Source of the DNA: the human T2T-CHM13v2.0 reference genome, Homo sapiens
Length of the DNA stretch: 64,000 bases
Assembly (NCBI RefSeq): GCF_009914755.1
Contig: NC_060929.1
Strand: one strand, 5' to 3'
The number at the start of each line of letters is the position of its first letter. Position 1 is the stretch's first letter. The notes under the pieces are model-generated. The model searched no databases, was not told where the DNA came from, and saw only the letters and a list, made by a program, of their open reading frames with translations. The position numbers were made by a program, and so were the translations under genes. This document shows, one piece after another, positions 13,041-26,136 of this stretch.

Positions 13041-14268
13041 AATAATGGATAATATGCTAAATAAGCAGGAATATATTAGTCTACATTAGAAGATAAATAA
13101 GTGGATAAATCAAACATTTGATAAGGAAAAAGATATTTACATAGTTTCAAAGAAATGCCACATATAAAACTTCTTAATTACACAGGGGAAAATGCTAACT
13201 TTACAGTGAAGAATTTGTGCAGCCATCATCTTAATCAAGTGACCAAAATGAACATCTTCAGTAACGGGAAAAATTGAGTTCTTGCGTCACCTTATAGAAT
13301 GCTGTAAGATGAACTCAGCATCCCTTCTGTGATTTCTAACGGCTTATAATCTAAATCTAATCACGAGAAAAATCAAATAAACTCAAATTTAAGGACACTG
13401 CAAGAAAAACTGGCTGGTAATCATCAAAAGTGTCAGGGTTACAAAAGTCAAGGACACACAGAAGACCCATTTGGGATTAAGAATCTACGAAGACGTGTCA
13501 ACTATACACGACTGGATCTCTGGATCTCTCTGCTAAAAAGGAAATTACTGGTATAATAAAATGGAATCTGAGAATGATAGTACTATATCAGTGTTAATTT
13601 CCTAATTTGATGGCATCATGTTTATGTAGGAAAATGTCTTTGTAGAAAATACACATTATTCAGAGGGTAATGGGGGATCAGATTCACAATTTTCAATTAA
13701 TTCAGGGAAAAAAAAACTTTCTCATTGTACTCTACTTGCACGTCTTCTGTATGTTTGAGATTGTTTCCAAGTAAAATTAAATTTGAAAATTGCTAAAGTT
13801 GTAAGCAACTGTTTAAATTTCCATAGTGGACGAGGATTTTAGGTGTTAATTGATGATAGTGGGTAAAGAAGGGCTTTGAGGTCTGTCATGAAAGTTGTCA
13901 GTGGTGTGGTCTACCCTGATGTCTTTCAACAGCTTGAAAATGTGTTTATTTGTGGCTGCAAAGATCCGATTCACTTTCTAAATCTTATATAACTTGTCAC
14001 TTAAATATTAAGATCGCCTCTATATGGTTATTATTCTAAAACTCAGATAGCAAAGAAAACTCAAAATAGACAAGTGGAAAGGGTAATAAAGTCCCTTGGC
14101 CCTGAGAAAATCTATTCTGAAAACGTCTGAAACAAACTGCATTAGAACATGTGTAGAATAAGTTTAGTTGATCATTATGAATCAGTCACTTCATCTTTGC
14201 TCTTAAACTTACCAATAAATTTTGGTGTCTTCTCAGTCAGAAAAAAGATGTGAGTACAGGTTTTTCCA

Positions 14269-14317
14269 ACACACACACACGTGCGCATGCACACACACAC
14301 ACACGCACACACGCACG
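14269..14317. repeat. Interrupted (CA)n microsatellite; 49 bp of unbroken purine-pyrimidine alternation
   Basis: ACACACACACACGTGCGCATGCACACACACACACACGCACACACGCACG. Confidence 0.95.
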
Positions 14318-14460
14318 ATGTTATATAATTTCTGTTCTTAAGTGCCTGGTTGGAATATGCTAATTTCGGGAGCACACTACTGCCTGCCATTTTCTGGTGG
14401 AACAGTCTTTTAAGGAGATTTCTACAAATCCATTGTTGCTTTGTGGTACTTACTGAACAG

Positions 14461-14476
14461 TCCAGCAGGTGGTAGT
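14461..14476 (+). promoter_or_regulatory. Candidate CTCF motif
   Basis: CCAGCAGGTGGTAG versus consensus CCRSYAGRKGGCRS: one mismatch. Motif only; no binding data. Confidence 0.35.
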
Positions 14477-14687
14477 CTAGGAGAGGAACAGTTCTCATCC
14501 TCCCCCAGCCATCCCTGGGCCTACCAGCAGCCCCATTTGCAAAACAGAATGTGGACTCAGCAATGTGCCTTCTCCCCTCTGGCATAAGAATGGGATTTCC
14601 AAGGTTGTTCTCTCAAAATGGGCACTAGAATACCACAGAAAGAAGCCAAAAATAACTGTGTATACATGTGACTGTGCAGTATTCTGA

Positions 14688-14897
<210 letters not shown>

Positions 14898-16049
14898 TAG
14901 AATTTCAATATTAAAGAGTCAAGCATCCACACACAGGTGAATTTGTGTACATAATAACATCATATAGAGTTGTAAAATAAAATGATAGGAACCTAAATCC
15001 TTAACATTTGAAATATGACTGGGATTCTAACTTGCTCATTATACAATTAGGGAAGACAAAATATTTATTCTCCTTCATTTTGAACATCGAAGTAACTACA
15101 CAAACATATTTCTTTTTCAGTAGGATTGATGTTTATCAACTTTGCAAATGGCAGTCATGTAAGATCAATGCACATATTTGGATTGTGGCTGGGTCTAGAA
15201 ATTAGATCAATTGAGGAGTGAAATAGTGATGTTCAAGCAGTCCCCTCTTAAGTGTGATGCTTAGTGAAATGAGAGTGTTTGGTTCACTAAAACATGACTG
15301 ACATCCCCTAAGTCCAGCAGTGCCCAGCTTAAATTAGTTTTATAAGCATGCTTGGATAACTAGAAATTATATAACTGCAGCAAAAATGAAAGCTGAGATT
15401 TTTAGTACTTTTGTTAAATGGAAAAATGTTGCACCCTGATATTAACAAATGGAACAAATGAACACATTTTCCTTGTTTTCCAAAGTGAAACGATCTGTCC
15501 TAGACTAAAAGAATTTCTTAAATTTATTAAATTATCTCTAAATAGTCCTTCTTTTGGCTACCATCTTGCAAGGATCATGTGTGGCAAACACACAGACATA
15601 TACACACCTTCAGAATTGTAGCATACAATTGAAATGTGACTCCAGTCATTTTTTAGGTTTGCACCTGAGCAGACAAACTCTTCAGTTAGATCATAGCTTA
15701 CATGATGGTGCCTAATCAAGGACATTATCAACTTAGGAAGGGGAAAATACAAAACAATTAAAAGTTTAGAACCAAGTTGCTACAAGTTTCTATATAGACA
15801 ACTGTCTGTGGTTATAGTTACAGGTGAGCACTTACTATTGCCAGGTGGTAAAGAAGACAGTCCGGCCTCTCTGGGATCTGATGATTCAAAGAGTGAACAA
15901 TCAGCTCTAAGAATCTAGTATGGCAGGTGCCATGTAAAGAGAGCATTTTGAGAGTGAGTAGGGGCCTGTTGACCATCAGGGCAGAGCCATCAGGGCAGAG
16001 GCTCAGTCTTGGTCACCTTTAGATCCCTAGGGCCTAGTGGAACTAAGAA

Positions 16050-16286
16050 CAAGGTCCAAACTGACAGCCTGCAGGTGTGTTTTGCTTGGCAGACACACAG
16101 TGTTATATGAAAGATTGTTTTAGATTTTCAAATAGTTGCTTCAAACTTTTAAAATTGAGAATTTTCACATTAAAAACCTGAATTGCTGGCTTTTTTTGAA
16201 GGCAGTATTTGCATGGCAGCAATTTCCAAGCCCTGAGCAGACCTGATATACTTCATTCATTTTACTTGCCCCTGAGATTATGACAC
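16050..16286 (+). mobile_element. MER102-like hAT-Charlie element inside an L2 3' end
   Basis: CAAACTGACAGCCTGCAGGTGTGTTTTGCTTGGC...TTTCACATTAAAAACCTGAATTGCTGGC. Confidence 0.7.
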
Positions 16287-17259
16287 ATTTAATGCTTATT
16301 AAATAATAAATGAGTGTATGGTTAGAGATGGGAATTTCAGGCAGAGAAAACTGTTAGCCAAGGCTGCAAGAAGGGAAAATGACTAATCTCGCCTAGATTA
16401 AGCAACGTGTTGAGAAGGAAAAAGAAAGGTCTTGCAATTAGAGAAGAAGTTGTAGGAGAGGAGACAGAAAGGGTAGATTGGTTTAAACGCCGGCTTTCCA
16501 TGCTTGGGATGCTGAGCTTCAATCTTTAAGCAAGGGGAAGCCATCGAAGTTGTGATTTTTCTTTGTATTGTTCTAATTTTTTTAATTTTGTCAATTAATT
16601 TTTTTTTCATTTTGAATGGGATGACATGTTTGTACTGGAAAGATAACTGGAAATGTTTAGGAGAGGATATTGAAAAAAAGAGCAGCTCTAAGTAGGTAGG
16701 TTATTGTTATATTTCAGACTGTAGATGTTCTGGCAGTGTGCCTGGGAATAAAAAGTAGGTGACAGGTTTGACAGTTGTTACAGAGATAAACACTTTTCAT
16801 TTTATTGTTTAATTGACACATAATAATTGTATATTTATGGGTACATAGTGACGTATTGATACATATAACATGTAGTGATCAGATTAAAAGAATTAGCATA
16901 TCTATCATCTCAAACATTCATCATTACTTTGTGTTGGGAAGTTTCAATATCCTCCTTCTAGCACTTTGAAACTATAAAATATTGTTAACTATAGTCATCC
17001 TGTAGTGCTATAGAACACAAGAACTTACTTCTTCTATCTAGCTGTAATTTTATATCTTTTAACAAATCTCTCCCTATCCCCTTTTTCCCCCTACCCTTCC
17101 CAGCTTCTAGTACCCTCTGTTCTACTTTTTACTTCTATGAGATCAACATTTTTTAGCTTCCACACATGAGTGAGAGCATGCAATGTCTAACTTTCTGTTC
17201 TTGGGTTATTTCACTTACCATAATGTCCTCCAGTTCCATCTATGTTGCCATAAATAATA

Positions 17260-17337
17260 TTGGGTTGATGCAAAAATAATTGTGATTTTTGTCATTAAAA
17301 GTAATGGCAAAAACTGCAGTTACATTTGCACCAACCT
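17260..17337. mobile_element. MADE1 (Hsmar1 mariner MITE)
   Basis: TTGGGTTGATGCAAAAATAATTGTGATTTTTGTCATTA-AAAG-TAATGGCAAAAACTGCAGTTACATTTGCACCAACCT, an ~80-bp palindrome. Confidence 0.93.
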
Positions 17338-17346
17338 TTTCTTTTC

Positions 17347-17378
<32 letters not shown>

Positions 17379-17667
17379 AGACAGAGTCTCACTCTGTCAC
17401 CCAGGCTGGAATGCAGTGGCGCGAACTCAGCTCACTGCAACCTCCACTTCAGGCTCAAGTGATCCTCCCACCTTAGCCTCCCACGTAGCTGGGACTACAG
17501 GCACATGCCACCATGCCTGGCTAATTTTGTTTGTTTGTTTGTTTGTTTTGTAGAGACAGGGTTTCGCCATGTTTCCCAGGCTGCTCTTGAACTCCTGAAC
17601 TCAAGCAATCCACTCATCTTGGCCTCCCAAAGTGCTGGGATTATAGGCATGAGCCACCGCACCCAGC
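17338..17667 (-). mobile_element. AluJb-like, full length, with (TTTG)n in the linker
   Basis: GGCTCAAGTGATCCTCCCACC and AACTCCTGAACTCAAGCAATCC. Confidence 0.93.
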
Positions 17668-19514
17668 TGTCATTCTTTTTTATGGCTGAATAGTATTCCA
17701 TTGTGTGAATTTACCATTTTCCCTGTCCATTCATTGGTTGTTGGACACCTAGGTTGATTCCACATCTTGGCTATTGCAAATAGTGCAGCAACAAACATGG
17801 GTGTGCAGATGTCTCTTCAATACACTGATTTTCTTTCCTTAGGATAAATGCTCAGTAGTGGGATGGCTGGATCATATGTAGTTCTATTGGCAATTTTTTT
17901 TACGAACCTCCATACTGTTCTCCATAGTGGTTGTACTAGTTTATATTCCCACCAGCGGTGTAGAAGAGTTCTGTTTTCTCCGCATCATCACTAGCATTTA
18001 TTTTTTGTCTTTTTGATGATAGTCATCCTAACTGGGGTGAGATGATAATTCACTGTGGTTTTGTTTTGCATTTCCCTGATGATTAGTGATGCTGAGCATT
18101 TGTTCATATATTTGTTGGTCATTTGTATAACTGTTCAGATCATTTGCCTGTTTTATTCAGATTGCTTTTGCTGTTGAAATGTTTGAGTTCCTTGTATGTT
18201 CTGCATATTAATTATCTGTCAGATGAATAGTTTACAGATATTTTCTCTCATCTTCTAGGTTGTGTTTTTTACTTTGTTAATTGTTTCCTGCTGTGCAGAG
18301 GCTTTTTAGTTTGACATAATCCCATTTGTTTATGAAATAAGCATTTTATAAATGCTTTAGAACATTGGTCTAGGGAAAGATTTTATAAATAAGAATCTTT
18401 AGATTTTTATAATTTTATAAATAGATTCTTATTATATTTATAAACCTTTTATTTATATTTAATAGCCTGTAAAATCTTTTATTTATATTTAATATCCTTT
18501 TATATTTATAAACCTTTTATAAATATGAATCTATTTATAAAATTATAAAGTGAAGCATTTCACCTTGTTTTCTTCCAGTAATTTTATAGTTTTGGGTCTT
18601 ACATTTAGGTCTTTGATCCATTTTGAGTTGGTTTTTGTATAGGGTGAGAGTTGGGGGTCTAGATTTTTTCTTTTGCATGTGGACATCCAGGTTTCCTAGC
18701 GACCTTTATTGAAGAGACTTTCCTTTCCCCAATTAATGTTCTAGCTGCCTTCTGTCAAAAATCAGTTGGCTGTAGATAATGTGGATTAATTTTGTGCTTC
18801 TCTATTCTGTTCCATTGGTCCATGTGTCTTTGTTTATGCCAATACCATGCTGTTTTGGTTACTATAGCTTTGTAGTATATTTTGAATTCTGATAGTACAA
18901 TGCCTTCAGCTTTGTTCTTTTGCTTAGGATTGCTTTAGTTATTTGAGGTCTTTTGTGATTCCACACAAATTTTAAGATTTTATTTTATATTTCTATTTCT
19001 GAGAAGAATGTCATTGGTATTTTGATAGGAATTGCATCAACTCTGTAGATTGCTTTGGCTAGTATGGTTCTTTTAACAATATTAATTCTTCTGACCCATG
19101 AGGAGCATGAGATAACTATTAATGAAATTTGGTTAACCAATTAAATATAGGAAGGTAAAGTGTGACAGAGGAACATCACTTAGAAATTCCTGGTTTGAAT
19201 GAATGGCTGGGCACTGACATCTTTAGTCCAAATGGAGATCACATAAATAGCAAGGTCTAGGGAATAAGCAGTGAAGTTGGTGAAATTTAGGAGACGTTGC
19301 TAAATACTGTATACCAATGTTTTAGCAACTGGGTACAGAGATAAGGCTAATGAAAGAAATTGTTAATGAGTGATCAGAGAGCTAGGAAGAGAACCTGGAT
19401 AGGGTTTGCAGTTGCGGGTAGAAAAGAAAGCTCAAGAGGACGCAATGCCTAACTCTGGCTAGTGTAGCAGAGAAGTTAAATAGGATGAGAACTGAGGAGC
19501 AATGCGGTCTACAG

Positions 19515-19700
19515 CTGTGGTTCCCAAACCGTTATGTGTAGCAGAATTCCATGGGGAGCTTGTTAAAACACAGATGATAGGCCCCACACCCAGAGTTTCT
19601 GATACAGTAGGTCTGGGTGGAATCTGATCATTTGCATTTCTAATAAGTTTCCAGGTGGTACTGATTCGGCTGGTCTGGGAACTACAGTTTGAGAAAAAAA
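19515..19700. mobile_element. MER5A (hAT-Charlie) inside an L2 remnant
   Basis: GTGGTTCCCAAAC...GGAGCTTGTTAAAACACAGATG...CCCAGAGTTTCTGATACAGTAGGTCTGGG...TTTGCATTTCTAATAAGTTTCCAGGTG. Confidence 0.9.
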
Positions 19701-19911
19701 AGTGAAATAGAGACTGCAAAGAGAGAAAGAAATAGCTTAGGAAGGGAGGTTGGTTGGTTCAAAGGAGATTTTTTGGTTTTGTTTTCTCGTGACAAGAACC
19801 AACAAAGGAGAAATTGACATCTGGAGGAAAGATTTGTTGCCATGGCAAGATCATGGACGAGGCAGGAAGAACAGAAGAGATAGAGGGCTTCTCTGAGGGA
19901 GGAGTAGGAAT

Positions 19912-19961
19912 GTTTCGTTTTGTTTTGTTTTTGTTTTTGTTTTTGTTTTTGTTTTTGTTTT
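19912..19961. repeat. (TTTTG/TTTTTG)n microsatellite
   Basis: Read directly from the sequence. Confidence 0.95.
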
Positions 19962-21099
19962 TCTCTGAGGCTGGGGAAAGAAAAAATGATTGGTGAACAT
20001 GAAAAACTACTCTGGAGCTGAAAGTGTGGAATGTTGGCATTTGCATGTAATGCCCTCTCTTTTCTCTTAAAGGCAAGAGGCAAGGTCATTTGTTGAGAGG
20101 AATGGGTTCAAAGCATGAGATAAAAATTTTAAAAAGGTATGGAGCAGTTTCTAGACAGAACAGAAATAACTTAAACTATGTTGAAAGATCATCAAGAAAT
20201 GGATTGCTTAGAGAGAAATCAGTGGGATCCAATGGAGATTAGACAACTTAAATCTGTAATTGAGCCAGTCAGCAGTAATTAAATAAATATAAGCCTTAGG
20301 ATTATAATGATAGCCTGGGTAACCTATCAAATCACATAAACAGGAAAAGTTTATTGAGCTCTTATGGAGGTTTGTAAAGAAAGGAGGACTGTGACACATA
20401 ATAGTATATGTCACTGGTACATATAAGAAAAAATTTTGGTCTCTTTCTTTGAAGAACTTATTAGAAGCTAAGAATAAGTAAAAACTAAAAATATTTTAAA
20501 CTCATGTTTAATGAGCTTAATTCAATCCAGGTGACATTACTGAAGCAGCAATGATTATTTGTACTACTGTTGGTTGTTACCTGGCGCACTGGCACATTCC
20601 TGGTACCAGATGCTTAGTGAATCAGTCCTAAAAGTAATGCCTATTAAGAAACACTTGGAAAATATCCTTTCTCTGGAGTTTATTTTGGTTCATTTAACTT
20701 AAAAATCGCTTGAGGTATTCAGTTTAGGCATTTCCATGGAATATGGCTACATAGTATTAACAGTAAGATTTTTTAAGTATGTTCCATAAACACTTGTTTG
20801 TTTTTTTACCCCCCGAATGGCTTTCATATTTCTCTACTGATTTTATCAACACCTGTGACCATAAAAGCATATTATGTATCTTATACTTGCTTACTACATT
20901 TTGCTCAGAGGAGATTACTGACTTACTTTTTATCTAGATTATTATGATGTCATAGGTGCTCTAAAACTATGATTGAAAGGGATGGTATTTGTATAGTATT
21001 CTGATCATTTTAAGTTTTTTAAAAAATATTTTTAAACACACATTCTAGAATCTGAGATCTCAGGATCTCTAGCCACCTCTGTCCTCTTTCTCTACAGTC

Positions 21100-21396
<297 letters not shown>

Positions 21397-21909
21397 TGAT
21401 TTTTTGATATTTAGTGTCTGATGCACTTTAAGTAAGAAAATCTTGATCACTTAAAATATTATCTAAAATATTTACCTAAAATTTATCACTTCCTAAAATT
21501 TCAAAGGTGAACTACCAAACTTACAATACATTTGCACATTTAGGAAAATGTATGTGTAATATTTTGCAAAGCATTATGGATACAAATGCAAATGTAAGGT
21601 TTAAAAATCATCATTCTAAATGTTTACTGTTAATTTTTATTGTTGAATACTCTTCTTTAAACGATAAGGACTTCTTCTCGCCCAAGAACTGAACTTTTAC
21701 TCAAATTCTTATTGGTCTATCCTTATTATTTACATTTTCTTGATAGTTTAAAAAATTAAACTGTTGGATATCAAGAGTGAGCAGAACATAGAGAATGAAG
21801 GTGAAAATGCCCTTTCAGTTTATTCAATCAGAATTGTTTCCTAATTCCAGTAGCTACTATATAACATGTGAGCATGATCATGATAATTGTGTTTTTGCCA
21901 CTTCCCCAT

Positions 21910-22405
21910 GATGTGAGGTTAACAAATCCTGATTTTCACTGTGCTTTATTTTATGTCAAAAGAGGGACTCTGACTTCAAGAGAGAAGAAAAGTACTTTTG
22001 TACTTACATGCCTACTGAGCCCAGATTCCAAAGGCCTTGGGGTTCTATGTTTCCTTAACACTGAATGGGCTTTCCAAGTGCATTGATCATGGTGGCTGCC
22101 ACGGTGCAAGACTCACCTCCTGCCAGCTTTCCAGCCCCAGCAGGAAAAAGCTTATTCCTAGATAACAAAATCCTATGGAAGACCAGATGGTACCATCCTG
22201 GGTCACATCCCATGCAGGAACAAATCACAGGGTAACAGATACTCTGGCCAGGCCTGGGTCATGAACAGCATCCAATAATGGAAAGAGTCAAGTTGGTTTC
22301 ATAAAAAACCACATGGAGTGGAATTCCTGCCAGAAGAAAGGATTCTCTGACCAACAGAAGGGGGCAACAGTGCTTGGCAGGCCAAAGTAACAGACGTCCA
22401 CTATA
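21910..22405 (-). mobile_element. Old MLT1 (J/K/L-like) MaLR LTR
   Basis: ATGGTGGCTGCC...CTGGGTCACATCCC...TGGCCAGGCCTGGGTCATG...GGCAGGCCAAAGTAACAGACGTCCACTATA; left boundary uncertain. Confidence 0.6.
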
Positions 22406-25400
22406 CTTACTTTCTAAATTTGCTTGTTCATTGATATAAGTTTGAACAAGGCCAATGACAGCTTCTGTCACAAAACTAGGAAACTTTATCAGTGTGATTT
22501 CAGTTTATTAGAATAGTACTTGTGATCTATCATATAACCAAATGTCTCTATATTGTCCACAAGAAATTCATAAGAAACTATGTTTAATATTTTTTATTTT
22601 CCCGTTCCATTAATCCAATAACCTCTATTTTAAAAAAATTGAGTTGAGTTTGTCATTTCTAAGGGGATTCATGCTAATACTTATAGGTCATAAGTTTCTT
22701 AAACTATTCAGGCCAAGGTATATCCAAATTTATATCATCATTTATTGGTAATAATCACCTGGGGTTTATACTCAGCTGGTAGGCCCTGGCAGAACCCTAT
22801 CAGTTAAAATATTGAAAATAGCTACTGTCCAAACCTTGCAGGTGTTCCAGGCTTCCATCCACTGAGGTTAGAAGCATCTCTAGGCTTCCTGACAGGGATC
22901 CTCCAGGATGCTAGTGCAGCGCTAGACCTGCAGCCATTCTGATTGGGCAATGCTTATGCCACACTCATTATTAAATATTTTGCATATCACTCCTAGCTCT
23001 AATTATGTGCTGAAATATTCTTTTTAACCTGAACCAGTCAGATTCAGGCTGAAATACAGCATTTATTTCAGGTTTTCTTCTAGGAGTTCTCTCACACTTA
23101 CTGTGTTAGAATTTTACTGACAATTTTCTCACATGTAGAGAGAATCCCATGTAAGATAATGAGAGTAGCCAGCAGTAATAGACATGAGCTGCTTGGAGAT
23201 GCTAGAAAATACGTTTGTGGAGAAGGTTCATATGCATAGAAGCTTTCCAAAATCTGAAACGCATTCTTCTTGGAATGCTTAACCTGGCAAGTGAGCAGAG
23301 CTTTGCACAGTGTTGGGATATGACACTTCTCAGTATGTCAGTTATGAGACTGCATTCTCCAGAGTACTGTTTGACTGTTTCTCTGTGACTGACTTGTACA
23401 TGTTCGTTTGTACAAGCATCTGGTCTCGAGATGTTCCCTGGCACGTTTTGAATCATTCCCTATTTCAGAGAGGGGAGTTACAACATGGAATTTGTAGCTA
23501 AAAATATATAGTCCATCTTCAGACTTAAAGAGCTAGTTGGTTAAAATCATTTTCATTCCTATCCCCATGTCTTAAGCTGCTAAATGGTTGGGAAATAAGT
23601 GATTGAAAGATAGCAACAGTTTCTTCCACCTGTTTTTTAAAAATTGTCCTTTGGTGGTCACTAGAGTGTCTTAAACACATAAAACATTTCTCTTATTTAA
23701 AATAACAAACAGTTCTCTCTCTCTCACTCGCTCTCTTACTCTCCACCCCACCCTGCCTTTTACCCTTTCTTTTCTTGTTTTCTATGTGTCTCTCGTTGCT
23801 ATATGTTGAATTTCAGTTTTAAAATTAAAGCCATCTTTTATGAAGAGATTTTCCCAAATGAAAATAGTTTTTGAGGTATCGTAAGAAATGGAACGTATTT
23901 CTTTGCTCATAGAAAATATAGATTCCATCCCAAATGGAATATTGGATCAAATTAATAATCCCCCTTCAATTCCCACTTAGTATCCAGAAGGGTTCAGTGC
24001 AGGTGTCTGCTTAGATACAGTACATATTTAGTCTTGGCTGCTTCCTTTTGAGGATAAACAGCTCTTGGGAAATACACATTGTTAAATAATCAGTTACAGA
24101 GGACTAATTGTTTCAAGGCACTCCCTTTGCAGTTGCTTTCCAACAGCCAACAGTAATAAGAAATGTCACTTTGTTTCCATTGGAGACTAGCACATGAACT
24201 ATTCATGAAGAGCGGAAAAGCAGTCTTCCCAGAAAACCCTGGAATAAACATGTAGAAGCCAAGGGAGGCTGGGACTCTATCATTGATTTGTCCCAGAGCC
24301 ATGTCAAATTCAGTGAAAAAAAAATCACTACATTTGTTTTCTAGAGTGAGAATTCAGAGAGACTAATGAATGCCTCATGCACCTTTCAAAACATCCCCAA
24401 AGGTTTCTATAACTTCACAAATAAATATATAGAAGCTGAGACAAGGAGGTGTACTTAAATTTTCTTAATCAGGTTATGCCTCTCTGCCCCGTGTTCAGTA
24501 GCATCTGGGCTGGTGAAACACCTCTGTGTTTTTGAGCAACAAGCTAACTCCATTTCACAATGAGTGACAGTGTCTGACATTGCCTGCTCATTAGCCTGTT
24601 GATTGACCAGGCATAGTTCTTTAGATAGACTGCAGGATTTTCACTTTTGTTTCATCTGGATTCTCTAAATAAAAGTGTCAAGGTCTGATCTGCCAGTAAA
24701 CATCTTCCACAAATATAGTTTTAGTAATGAGGGGCTTGAACAGACTATACCTTTTCATACCTGGCTCCCTCCTTCCAAACAGGTGCCTCCATTTCTTCTG
24801 CTCTAATTCGTGCTATCTTTTAATCTTTTAGGTTTTTTTCCTGTGATTTTTCCATTTTCTGAGCATTCTATGATCACATTTATTGCATCTTAAACAATGT
24901 GTTAATAACATGCTTTTCCTGGGCTCTGTGAGCCTTTACTTTGCCTGCAAAAAGATCTAGCACACTCCAATACTTGAAAGAGCAAACCTACAAGATTTAA
25001 ACTAAACAAGATGCGTACGTCCTCTTTAAGAGAGTTTGGGAGAGCAAAGCAAATGACATTTGGGACTCGTTTTTACCTGGTCATTCAGATTCTTTGTCTT
25101 CATGTTAACTGATAATTTTTTCCAGGATCTAAAACTTTATTCTTCTCTCTCATATTACTCAAATGTTGGGGTGGGGAGAATACATTTTTTAAAAAAAAAC
25201 TTTATATGAATATTTTACACCAACATTTTGTAACGTTCAGCCATCAGATTTAGTAGAAGGTGCATGCAGTTAAGTGTCAAGCAACCTCTATTTTACCAAG
25301 CAACGTGAGTTATCCGCTTTTCAGAGGTGCTGATTTTGCCTCTAAATTTTGTCCTAAGGATTGTGTAAAAATATATGTGTATAAATAAAATCTGTAAACT

Positions 25401-26136
25401 ATGCAATATTTTACAAATGCAAATCATTATAGATGAATAAATGAGCAAAAAGAAGTGTTTATCTCAGGATATATATAAAGAAAACTGAGAGGCCAAAGAG
25501 CTGAGACTGTAAACCTAGTCTTTGACTCTTCTCCTATGGCATAGGCTCTCCCCATGAATGTTCGCATTCACCCACAGGTATTTCCTTCGTGCAGATCCTG
25601 TAGCTCCTCTGTAACTACCATCACATTCCTTGGTTTGCAGTATAGATCTGTTGTATGTCATTCACCTGCTTTCAGATATGTACCAAATGCCTTTAGGCTC
25701 AAGCAGGTAACTTCTATGGCTGAAATATGCTTATTGTGAGACTATAGGGATCAGTGGGGACTGCAAAAGAACTGGAGAACTCACACTCCTCCTAAAAGCA
25801 CTCAAATGCAAATGAAAAAAGCAAACACTGTGCAGGCCAAGCAAAAGCTGTTGCAGGCGAAATTTCCATGGATGGCAGTCAGTGTGCAATCTCAGGATAA
25901 GTTCAAATTTTTCCCTCTTAAGAGAATTTAATTTCTTTTGGAAGGCAAATTGAATATAGGCAGACCACCTTGATCCAGTAGAAAATGGGTGTCCACAGCT
26001 CAAAGATTACCTTCCCATTGAGGCCTTCCTTTACCTCCTCTAAGAGAGTCAGTTGTTCCATAATTATAGTCCCTCAGTATATTCTGTATATATTCCTAAT
26101 AAATCCTAGCATATTGTATGATTAGAAAAAGAAATA

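Larger units (their letters stand above)
11880..13790 (+). mobile_element. L1MC4-like 3' region, interrupted by two Alu insertions
   Basis: GTTACAAATATGGAAAGGGAGAAAAC, TTTCTAAATACCATTCTCC, TAACTTTACAGTGAAG...AATCTAAATCTAATCACGAG match the remembered L1MC4 3' end. Confidence 0.8.
16796..19110 (-). mobile_element. L1MA-like 5'-truncated element, interrupted by MADE1, an AluJ and a rearranged patch
   Basis: TTTAATTGACACATAATAATTGTATATTTATGGGTACATAGTGA 3' UTR; ORF2 antisense TACCATGCTGTTTTGGTTACTATAGCTTTGTAGTAT; GAGATAA on both flanks. Confidence 0.92.

Noticed and set aside
15973-16000. 14-bp tandem duplication CCATCAGGGCAGAG (similar 11-bp one at 52150-52171)
   Set aside because: Ordinary slippage duplications with no further structure.
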